Source: Chiloscyllium plagiosum
Taxonomy: Eukaryota
Length of the DNA stretch: 64,000 bases
Assembly: GCF_004010195.1 (NCBI RefSeq)
Contig: NC_057753.1
Span: 12,576,415-12,640,414, forward strand
Reading direction: 5' to 3'
Shown here: one piece after another, positions 26,485 to 37,179 of the stretch
Position numbering within the stretch: position 1 is the stretch's first letter
Layout: every line of letters begins with the position of its first letter
The notes under the pieces: generated by a model
The model's database searches: none
Seen by the model: only the letters and a program-made list of their open reading frames with translations
What the model was told of the DNA's origin: nothing
Position numbers and translations under genes: made by a program

Positions 26485-28058
26485 AATGGTTCATTGATAA
26501 GCACTGCTGCTTCACAGCGCCAGGGACCCGGCATCGTTTCGGATGATTGTCTGAGAGTAGTTTGTGCATTCCCCCGTATCTGTGTGGTTTTCCTCCATGT
26601 GCGCCGGTTTCCTCCCACAGCCCAAAGGATGTACAGTTTTGGTGAATTGGCTATGCTAAATTGACCAAAGAGTTCAGGAACATGTAGGTTAGGTGCAATA
26701 GTCATAGAGGAGAAAGTGAGGACTGCAGATGCTGGAGATCAGAGCTGAAAATATGTTGCTGGAAAAGCGCAGCAGGTCAGGCAGCATCCACGGAGCAGGA
26801 GAATCGACCTTTCGGGCATGGGCTCTTCTTCAGGAATGAGGAAAGTGTGTCCAGCAAGCTAAGATAAAAGGTATGGAGGATGGACTTGGGGGAGGGGCGT
26901 TGGAACTGTAATAGGTGGAAGGAGGCCAAGGTGAGGGAGATAGGCTGGAGTGGGGGTGGGGGCGGAGAGGTCAGGAAAAAGATTGCAGGTTAGGAAGGTG
27001 GTGCTGAGTTCGAGGGATTTGACTGATACAAGGTGGGGGGAGGGGAAATGAGGAAACTGGAGAAATCTGAATTCATCCCTTGTGGTTAGAGGTTTTCTAG
27101 GCGGAAGATGAGGCGTTCTTCCTCCAGCCATCGTGTTGCTATGGTCTGGCGATGGAGGAGTCCAAGGACCTGCATGTCCTTGGTGGAGTGGGAGGGGGAG
27201 TTGAAGTGTTGAGTCACGGCGTGGTTGGGTTGATTGGTCCGGGTGTCCCAGAGGTGTTCTCTGAAACATTCCGCAAGTAGGCGGCCTGTCTCCCCAATAT
27301 AGAGGAGGCCACATCGGGTGCAGCGGATGCAATAAATGATGTGTGTGGAGGTGCAGGTGAATTTGTGGCGGATATGGAAGGATCCCTTGGGGCCTTGGAA
27401 GTAAGGGGGGAGGTGTGGGTGGAAGTTTTGCATTTCTTGCGGTTGCAGGGGAAGATGCCAGGAGTGGCGGTTGGGTTGTTGAAGGGTGTGGACCTGACGA
27501 GGGAGTCACGGAGGGAGTGGTCTTTTCGGAACGCTGTTCTAAGAGGGGAGGGTTGGAGGAAGAACACCTCATCTTCCGCCTAGGAACCCTCCAACCACAA
27601 GGGATGAACTCAGATTTCTCCAGTTTCCTCGATTCCCCTCCACCCACCTTGTCTCAGTCAAATCCCACGAACTCAGCACCGCCTTCCGAACCTGCAATCT
27701 TCTTCCTGACCTCTCCGCCCCCACACCCACTCCGGCCTATCACCCTCACCTTGCTCCTTCCACCTATCGCATTTCTAACGCCTCTCCCCCAAGTACCTCC
27801 TCCCTACCCTTTATCTTAGCCTGCTGGACACACTTTCCTCATTCCTGAAGAAGCGCTCATGCCCAAAACGTCGATTTTCCTGCTCCGTGGATGCTGCCTG
27901 ACCTGCTGTGCTTTTCCAGCAACACATTTTCAGCAATAGTCATAGGTAAATATAGGTCGAAGGAGTCGGTCGGGGTTAGTTAGTCTGTGGAGTTGTGGTC
28001 GTGTTGCTCTGAAGGGTCTATGTCCACATTGCAGAGATTCGATGATTCTATGATTCTA
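26485..28058 (+). mobile_element. HE1-type tRNA-derived V-SINE, split by the Penelope insertion
   Basis: AGCACTGCTGCTTCACAGCGCCAGGGACCCGG head, V-domain GGTTTCCTCCCACAG.CCAAA, and a GATTCTAT tail at about 28036-28058. The SINE resumes after the 13-bp duplication. Confidence 0.8.
26708..27934 (-). mobile_element. Penelope-like element (GIY-YIG endonuclease) with about 385-bp inverted terminal arms and a 13-bp target-site duplication
   Basis: ORF 27086-27433 FTCTSTHIIYCIRCTRCGLLYIGETGR...FREH...HFN is a PLE GIY-YIG domain, preceded by PCNRKKCKT. Arms about 26741-27129 and 27551-27934 are reverse complements. GCAATAGTCATAG occurs at 26695-26707 and 27933-27945. Confidence 0.9.
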
Positions 28059-28379
28059 AAAGAAATAGTAGAGTTTCCTAAGCCTGTAACAAAGAAAATT
28101 TTCCATTCATACCTGATTGGGACAGATTCATTCCAGACTCACAGCAAATTAATTAACTCTAAACTGAAAACTGAAGTTGGTTACTAACCGAGACGAATCT
28201 TGTCAAGAGCAACAAATGGGTAAAACAAAATGGAGCCATCACTGGATTCAGTAATATCAATATCCTGTGATTGGAATTAACTGAAAACAGAACTGCATTA
28301 GTAACGTAAGGATGGTCACTAGCATGGCCGAAGCTGCGTTTCCTCCAGCGAATGAATTGAAAAGACATTGAGACTCAGG

Positions 28380-28680
28380 AACAGATGAAGCCATTTCGCC
28401 CAACGAGTCCACTCCACCATACAATGGGATGAAGGCTGATCTCATAATTCACAACTTAACTTCCCTGCTTGTTTGCTATCACCCTTGTTTCCCTTACTTA
28501 TTAATAATCTGTCTCTTTTACCTTTAATATATTTAACTACCCAACTTTTACAGCTCATTGCAATAAAAATCACCACTGATTCACGATCTTGAAGTGAGAG
28601 GGAGAAATAATCAATTTCGGCTGAAAGACTAACGCTTAATCTATGATTACACGTTCTGGTCCTCAACTGTTTTGAGTATA
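28380..28680 (-). mobile_element. Old CR1 3' fragment truncating the ERV
   Basis: Resembles the reverse complement of the CR1 3' ends elsewhere in the window. Confidence 0.5.
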
Positions 28681-28689
28681 ATTCAGAAC

Positions 28690-31190
28690 AGAACAAGTCA
28701 CTTATAGCTGAACATGAATTCACCCAAGTCTCCAGTCAGGCGAAGAATAGAGTTTTTTCCCCATACATAGAAAAGTGATACTAGCCAATGATCTGACTTC
28801 TATGTTCAGACAATTGATGAATGACTTCTTCAGCTCTTTCTACAACCATTCCCACGTCTACAGCCACAAGTGGAATCGGTGGCAATTCTGTTGGCAATTT
28901 TTTTGACAGTTCTAAACGTACGTTAGTTCGCTGGTTTGTGAGATTCATCACTGCTTGTCATGTCGGTTTAGATAAGGTTCTTAGCTTAATAACGATACGC
29001 TGTTTTGGCTTGATAGTAGCAATATTAGGTCAAATTGTATTGCATTGCTTTGAACCCTTCTGGTAATAGCCCCGATGGCTAAATAGCACTTTGTTCCAAT
29101 TAGGGAACACTGCAAGGACTGGTTGTTCACCGACAAAGTAGATTACATTGTCACATATTACAAAATACGAACTGAAAGATTTTGTCTGGTCATGTTATCA
29201 GAGCATGATCACTGATTACTTCCTTGATGAAACAACGTTAATTCAATTCCCTTTTTGGTAGCACTCATAATAAACTTATGAAACGGGCAGTCTTTTAGTA
29301 ATATCAGGTTCCTTTCATGGTATATCCCAATATTGTAATCCTTCTCAGGCGGAGAAAGTGACAACTGCAGATACTGGAGACGAGAGTCGAGAGTATGATA
29401 CTGGAAAAGCATGGCAGATCAGGCAGCATCCGAGGAGCAGATGAATCGACGTTTCGACGCTCGGATTGAGGCTTGTGGGCGGGGGGAGGGGTGCTGAAAG
29501 ATAAATTGGAGGGGGATGGGGTTGTGAGAAGATAGTTTCCTAATTTCACCTCCACCCACATTATTCCAGTGCCAAGCCTCGAATGTGACACCTCCCTCCT
29601 GACCCATCCCTCACTTTTCCCATCTCTGTCCTCCCCCAATCTATCACCTTCTCCCTCACATTTATCTACCTATCGCTTTCACAGCTACATTCACCTTCCC
29701 AACCCAAAACACTCTCATTTATCTCTTAGCTCCCCGGCTCACAAGCGTCATTCCTGATGAAGGGCCTTTGCCCAAAATTTCGATTCTCCTACTCCTCGCA
29801 TGCTGCCAGATCTGCTGTTCTTTCCCAGATAATAACACTACCCCGGTTTAACGTTCCTTTTCATCAGCGTTCTCACTACCCAATACTGTGCTCACAAGTG
29901 TTATACATCTTATGTTTCGCCGACACATTGTCTCAATTGTTTATCAGTCACTCAGTCGGGGAACTTGATGCATATTCTGTTTTAGCAGGTTAGTACTGAT
30001 CATTGTAAATAGTCAACCTGAGCAGATCCTGCACGTTTCTGTTCTATATTCTTCCTTAGGAGTATTAACCAGTCAGGCAATAAATTATTAAGCCATATTT
30101 TGCAGAGGCTTCAGAAACTTAATGGCATTGAACACAACCTGGGATTTTCTCTGTATATCCAATTAGTTTTGACTTGGTCTTGACAGCTCCATCTACAAGT
30201 CTACTCATTTGCTCCTGCAGACTCGAAAGCCTTTTAGCTCTCTTGTTTATTTCTGATATGTTTACAGCCGTTATTCCCCAGGTGCAACTTGCTCCTGCCA
30301 TTTGAAATATCCTGTCATTTTCCTTAGAAGGCTTTTCTCTGACCTGAACTTCTGACTTTCCACCTGTAATCCGAATAGGTGGACAAACAATTATTTTGTG
30401 GTTTTGGAGCATCATTCTTGTATTTTTGTTGGGTCAAAAAATAATGGACATGCATATATCCCAGCACAAGTGTCACGCTTTTTCCAGAATGTTTCATTAC
30501 TAAGCAACCTTTCCTTTATTAATGTTGAGGACTCATTATTAAACTCTCTTGGTTCGGGATCGTGACCACATTTTCACTCAAATCGTGAAATTGGGTCATG
30601 TGTAAATTCTGGAGAATCATTATAGTCTTTTGTAAAGAGGATCTCCGTGCAGTCCACAAGTCATTTACTGAACTTATCATTTTTCCATCCCTTTCGTTCT
30701 ACTACCTTTACTAAATCCACAATGACACACAGTGACACAACTTGCAGGTAGCATCCAATACTTGGGGCAAGCCGAGCATATTGTGACTCGCTGTTCTTCA
30801 CAAATACATTTCACTGGTATTTGCAATAAACCTCTAATTTGGGCTTGATAAATATAATACTTGTTGAGGTCCATGTTAACCGAGCAGTTTTCTTTATATT
30901 TCAATTTTTGATGTGCCTAGAAGGGGAAGGCCTGTTAGAGATGGTCTCATACATTCCCTTTCTGTTCGACTGTGACATAAATTATAATCGTCAATCCTCC
31001 CAATGTTATCGCCTACATGCTATCCACTATTTAATTTTACAGTTACAATGTTCTATATGTAATCAGACTTCCTTTTCTCTACTTCAGTTGCACTCGGAGT
31101 CCATTGTCCATTCCAAAACGAGGTGGCAGTGGTGGCCACTACAGTATGAAGAACAAGGATTCAACACAACTTCCTGAAGGATTCATTATA
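28690..31190 (-). mobile_element. env: Endogenous retrovirus env-like relic, interrupted by a Penelope-derived fold-back at about 29351-29840
   Basis: Directly follows the pol end on the same strand. Hydrophobic leader-like start, RTKR furin-type site at 30545-30556, REK(P) followed by a fusion-peptide-like AGASCTWGITAVN and heptad-like EINKRAKRLSSLQEQMSRL (ORF 30119-30415), then a long Cys-containing segment. Confidence 0.6.
29351..29840. mobile_element. Penelope-derived fold-back inserted in ERV env
   Basis: Left end ACTGCAGATACTGGAG...GGCAGCATCCGAGGAGCAG...TCGACGTTTCG; the right end is the inverted copy CCTGATGAAGGG...CTCCTCGCATGCTGCCAGATCTGCTG. Confidence 0.75.
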
Positions 31191-31194
31191 ATAA

Positions 31195-33850
31195 TTAAGT
31201 TCATTTAACCTAAATTGAGGACAGTGATTCCACTTTTCCAATACCCCCCACCCCCGCAATTCCTATATACTAAAGCGCATGTTTCACTTGTGACAATAGT
31301 TTCGTATGGTGCACCCCATCGTGTTTGCAGTTCCACATGTTTCAGTAATATTGTTCATCCTTACTTGATCTTCTGGATTAGCAGCACTTGCCAAGGATAT
31401 TGTTGTGATCACTTTCTCAATCGCTAATTCTCTGTCTATCAGCAACTTATGAAGTTACTTCACCAGTTCTTCCACAAAATGTTTAACCCTATTCTTTCCA
31501 TTGCACATGTTTTGTCGTCCTATTATCACATCCTCTGGTATTTGGATAGTCCATCCACTCACTAATTCAAAGAGGATCAACCACTTTCTCTTTACTGGCG
31601 TTGACTTCAATTTCATTAAGATCGCAGCAAGTACAGTAAAGCATCATTCAGCTTTAAGTGATGCGTTTATTCAGTCTACTATTTATGAACTTTGGCAGTG
31701 GTATGGGAGAAGACATTTCTGTTTAATGTCCTGTCTAACAGGACAGATCCTTGCTTAAGTTATATTCCTGTAAAATGTGACCTTTGGTCAGAATCTATCT
31801 GGAAGTTGCACCCCACTCCCGCCCGACCTGGGTGTAATTTCTTTTGCCAATGTTATTGCAACGGTTCCTGCTGAGAAATCCCTGCAGGAGAATGCTTCCA
31901 CCCATGGAGTACATCTACCTTTCCAGACCTGCTTCCTTCTCTGAGGTTGGGGTATAGGTCCCGTAAAGTCCATGTGCAATTGCTTCAATGGGCCCCAAGA
32001 CCTAGCTAATGACTCTATCTTATCTTGGTTGCTTGCTTTGGCTCACACTGCGCACAGATTGCACATTTCTGAAATAATTTTGCTGTGTCTTTTCCTATTC
32101 CAGGCCACTTGATATTGCGTTTTATCCCGCCTTACGTGGGCCAGACAATGATATGTTTTAATAACTGATGTCATATACAATGTGGTGACACTACGTGATC
32201 CATCGTCCTACATGCTCTATCTTGCCCTGTCATCGCCCCACTGAATTTCCCATTCCGTTTTTTTCTTCTTGTGGGCCTGTTTCTTGGAGAGTTGCAGTTT
32301 GTAACGTACCTCCCTTGCTTTTGTGAAAAATGCGACTGCCAGTTTCTCAAATGTCATTTCGATTTATGTAAGTACCTTAGCTGCTTTTTTGTCAAACTCA
32401 TTACCCCGTTGTTTCTGGTGTTTCTACCTTCAAGCTCAGATCAACATATTATCACGCACTATACCAAACGCACATCTACTATCTCCTTCTCTACCATCAA
32501 TTCTGCTGGAGTTACTAAACTGCTGGTTTTACTAATCCTTGAATATTTGTATATGCTTGTCTGCAGGGGCATTGTCCTTGATTTTTATAATTCTAATAGA
32601 GTCAACAAATTATGGGATGTGCGTAGGACAACTTGCCCCATCAGAATAATGGGTTCATACACTGAAACTACCCATGGATCACAATCAAGACCCTGAGGAC
32701 AATGGTAAACTCTGGCGACATCGTTTTTCTTTATTAGAATAATATCCTACTGCCCTTATACTATCATCACTCGTTTGACACATTACTCTTTAGTGTCCAT
32801 TCTCAATATCAAAGGAAATATGAAATTTCCTTTGACATATCTGCCGTAGGCTTGCTGTCACCTAGTATACGCTATGTCTGGTCGAGGGTCATACTGTGTT
32901 CTTTCCCTTGACAGTTCCATAGCCTCGCTTCCTTGCCAGGACTTGTAAGTGTTCTGTCAATTCTGAATAATTCTCCACAAAATACCTTTAATAAATCAGC
33001 AATCTTAAATTTTGCCGTGCATCTTTTAAAGTGTGTGTACGTTGTAATTTCAGCTTTACACTCTGCTGGGAATATTTTCTCCCCTTTCCTAAAGTGATGT
33101 CCCAAATATCTATATGTTACTTCTGGTCTTCGCAATTGTACTTGTCATGGAATAATTGCAAGCCAGCTGACTGACTGATCACTTTAAAAAAAAAAAATCA
33201 GCAACTGTGGCGATCAGAATGCCATGTGCATACTGCAAGATAATAGTTCAGTGTCCATCAGATAAATTTGATGAACACAATAAACCTTACATCAGTCAAG
33301 CATGGCTGGACAGTTGTGGATTTTGGGATATAACCAGGTCAATTAATTGGTTTTCTTCGAACAGCAAACGCCAGCTGATTGTGGGATTCCATTTCCACAG
33401 GAACAGACCAGACGTTGTTCACTATGTCAAGAACTGAGAACAGATCCTGTTGCACTGTCATTCCATTAAATATAGTGGTGGAATTCGCTACTATTAGATA
33501 GTCTTTACTGGCATATCTGTTTAGGGAGGTATAGACAATGATGAGGTGATGTACACTCCGGCTTACTGACCTGCCTATTAAATGATTTAGTTTGGGGTAT
33601 GGTCAGTTTGACGATTCACTTCCTCACTACTACCGTCGGAGTTTCTGCTTCCTGAGCCTGCATTGAGATACTATTTATGCCATGCTGGATTACGGGGGAA
33701 AGGTGGTCGAGGAGTTGGTGAGAGCATCCCTCGATCTTCACAGGTTTTCCAAATAACCCATTCTCGATCATCTTCTTGACCAGCTTCTCAGTGCAGTCTA
33801 GTACACTTCATATCAGCGAGTCTTCTGGGCCCCGTAGCCTTTTCTCTTTC
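31195..33850 (-). mobile_element. pol: Endogenous retrovirus pol relic (RT, tether/RNase H-like, RNase H end, integrase)
   Basis: Hand translation across frameshifts gives motifs in retroviral order: FSVLDIVNNVWSVP (about 33400-33440), LQYAHGILIAT from YVDD (33221-33232), VQLRRPEVT..YLGH, RAVGYYS, GNEFDKKAAK, HCLAH...CAIC zinc finger, QLHMDFTGP, WVEAF...TVA..LAKEI.PR.G, IDSDQRSHFTG, PYHCQSS, RWGAPY. Confidence 0.85.
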
Positions 33851-33969
33851 AAAATTGAAAGAACTGCAGGTACTTTAAATTAGGAACAAAGACACAAGTT
33901 GCTGGTTAATCTCAGGAGATCTGGCAGCAACTGTGAAGATAAATCAGAATTAACTTCTCGGGTCAGAAC

Positions 33970-36120
33970 ATTCTTAAGGTGAAAGAACCTTTTGGAGGCA
34001 GTGACCATGATATAATCGAATTTACTTCGCAATTTGAGAGGGAGAAACTGGGATCAGCTGTAACAGTTTTCTAGTTGAATAAAGGCAACTGCAGCGGGAA
34101 GAGCTGACCATAATTGACTGGGAGAGGAGACCAGTAGAAAATCAGTGGAAAAGCAATGGCAACTATTTGTAGGAATAATTCAAGAGGCACATAAAAATTC
34201 ATTCCGAGAAAAACGAAGCATAGGAAAGGGAGGGCTAAGCAACCATGAGTGACAAGGAAAGTCGCAATGGCAGAGAATCAAAAGGGAAAGCATATAAGGT
34301 GGCGAAGGGCAGTGGAAAACCAGATGATTGGGAAGTCTAAAAAGACCAACAGAGGAGAACAAAAATAGAAATAAGGAGGGAGAAAATTAAATACGATGGT
34401 AAACTAGCCAGTGAAATAGAACATTTCAAGGGTGTCTTTAAATATATAAAGGAAAAGAAAATGAGAGGCAAGAGTGGATAATGTGCCACTGTGAAATGAC
34501 GCTGGAGAAGGTTTCTTGGAAGAAAAGATATCGTGGAGGAACTGAATAAATAATTTTCCTCAGTCTTCTTGGTGGAACACTGACATAATATGCCAATAAC
34601 TAAAGAGAACTGAGGGCAGATGTGAATGTGATGGCCATCTCCAAGGAGAAGATGCGATAAAATCTGAAAATTGATATGAAACCATGACAAGATGGATTAC
34701 AGATGGAATTCTGATGGAGCAAGCTGAAGAGATAGTGGAGAAATTCGTTGTTAACTTTCAGGGATCATTAGAGCCAGGAAGGGTTCAAGAGGACTTCAAA
34801 ATCCCAAATGCAACTTTTCTGTTTAAGAAGGGCATAAGGCAAGAAATGAGAAATTACAGGTTGATTAGCCTAACCTCGTAGTTAACATTTTGGAACCCAT
34901 TATGAAGGATGAGATTTCTGAATATTTGGAAGTGCATGGTAAATTTGGACAAACTCCGCATGGTTTCGTCAAGGGGCGATCATGCCTGACAAATCTGTTA
35001 GAGTTATTTAAAGTGGTAACAAATAAGTTTAACCACGGAGAGAAAATGGATGTTATCTAATTGGAATTCAAGGAGGCCTTTGAAAAGTAGGCTGTTCAGT
35101 AAGATAAGAGACCATGGTGTTAGAGGCAAGGTACTGGCATACATAGAAATTGGTTGCCTGTCAGAAAGCAGAGACTGAGGATAAAAGGGGGCTTCTTAGA
35201 ATGGCAGCCGTTGATTAGAAATGATTGACAAGGGTCAGTGCTTGGGCCACAACTTTTTCACTTCACACATAAATGATCTGGCATTCTGTCTAAGTTTGCA
35301 GACCATACAAAGATAATTGGATGAAAATGCAGACAGTATTTAGGCAGGGTAGGAACGAGGGCAAAGAGGTGGCAGGTGGAATACAATGTGGGGAAGTGTA
35401 TGGTCACACACTTCTGTAGGAAGGATAGAGACATATACAATTTTCGAAACGGGAGGAAATTCGGAAAGCTGAAGTGCAGAGAGTCCAGGAATCTTTTAAG
35501 ATAAACTTGCAGCTGGAGTTTGTAGTTCATAAAGCAAATTCAATGTTGGCATTTATTATGAGAGGACGCAATTTTAAAAGTCGCAATGTGCATCTAAGGC
35601 TCTGGTCATACCACATTTAGAATATTGCGAGCAATTGTGGGCTCCTAATCTCAGGAAGGATGCATTGCCCCTGGAGAGTTTACAGAGGAGGTTCATGAGA
35701 ATGACCTCAGAAATGAGAGGTTTAACACATGAGGAACTCTGGGTCCAGACTCAATGGTGTTTCGAAGGATGAGTGCGGATCGAATTGAAATTTACAGAAT
35801 ACAGAACGGCCTGGACAGCTTGGATGTTGGAAAGATGTTTCCATTGGCAGGGGAGACCAGTACCCTAGGTGGGAATATTTGCATAAACGCAAGATACTTT
35901 AGAATGGAGATAAGGAGAAATGTCTTCTGCCAGAGAGTGGTGAATATTTGGAATGCATTACCAGAAAAGATTGTGGTGGCCAGGTTATTGAGTATATTTA
36001 AGGCAGGGATCGATACGTTATTGATTATCAAGATGATCGAAGGTTATGGGGAGAAAGCGGTGAATGTGTTTGAGAAACTTGTCAGCCACGATTGAATAAC
36101 GGATCAGACTCAATGGGCCA
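33970..36120 (+). mobile_element. Decayed CR1 LINE ORF2
   Basis: [61 protein letters not shown]...RRNVFCQRVVNIWNALP. Confidence 0.85.
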
Positions 36121-36309
36121 TTTCCTTAGCTGCAAAATATCTGTCTCTTTTGTTTTCTGTTTCAAAATTGCTCAGCGAAAATTTCATTCACCTTCTAATT
36201 CTGCAAAAACGGACTGTTCACAACTGAAAAATCTCTGCCTTCAAAATCACAGAAAGAGGTAATCACCTCTTGAACTGGTTTTGAAGTGATATTTTGAACT
36301 GCAAAACTA

Positions 36310-36392
36310 GGCGGCACGGTGGCTCATTAATTAGCAATACTGCCTCCTAGCGCCAGGGACCCGGGATTTATCCCTACCTTGGGCGACTGCCT
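36310..36392 (+). mobile_element. HE1 SINE 5' tRNA-like head fragment
   Basis: GGCGGCACGGTGGCTCA...GCGCCAGGGACCCGGG. Confidence 0.7.
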
Positions 36393-36806
36393 TTAATTTT
36401 TCCACTGCCTTACCTCTGTGCTGAACTTCTTCCTGGCCAAATGCAGGGCTCTAATCAGAAACTGCAACATTTGCAAACTGATTACAAGGAAACGGACGTC
36501 ACTAGCTGGGACATGATTTATTGCCCTCCTTAATTTGTGTAAACTGAAGAGCCAGTTTCTTCAATCTTTGAACTCCTCGGCATGTCGGTACAGCCATGTT
36601 GTCAGTAGGCAGGGAGTTCCATGATTTAGATCGAGTAACACTGAAGGAATAGAGATATATTTCCAAGACAAAATTGTGCAAAGATTTCAAGGGTGTTTGT
36701 GGGTGGCAGTTATCTCATTCATTTCACTGCCATTTTCCATCCAGACATTATCAAACTCTTACTGGACTCACTCTAGCAGATTAAGTATATATATTTTATT
36801 TGCAGC

Positions 36807-36808
36807 AA

Positions 36809-36861
<53 letters not shown>

Positions 36862-36891
36862 GAAGGAAGGAAGAAAGAAAGAAAGAAAGAA
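36807..36891 (+). repeat. (GAAA)n/(GGAA)n microsatellite
   Basis: Directly visible. Confidence 0.95.
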
Positions 36892-37179
36892 CAGTTTTAA
36901 ACACTGCCTGACAACACTTGGAGAGTCACCAGTGTGGTCAGAGATGCAAACTATAGATTAGTATCACGTCTAAAAACTCTCCAAATTCACAAGCTTTCAA
37001 TAGTTAAGACAGCAATGCATCAGAGCACAAGAAAAGACTTTCCATTTCACTAGTGCAAGAGCTTGCTCATATTTCTTTCTCATTCTTGTTTGAGACAGAT
37101 CGTAACGAACTGTGCCTCTGTGATGGAAGAGAAACAGCGTCGGTAGATATGTATGTTTTATTTACTCTAGAAGCTTTTA

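Noticed and set aside
26859..27819. Pro- and Gly-rich ORFs (262, 134, 117 aa) as host genes
   Set aside because: Alternative frames and antisense readings of the Penelope element.
36310..36392. tRNA gene
   Set aside because: tRNA-derived SINE head with degenerate boxes and no full cloverleaf.
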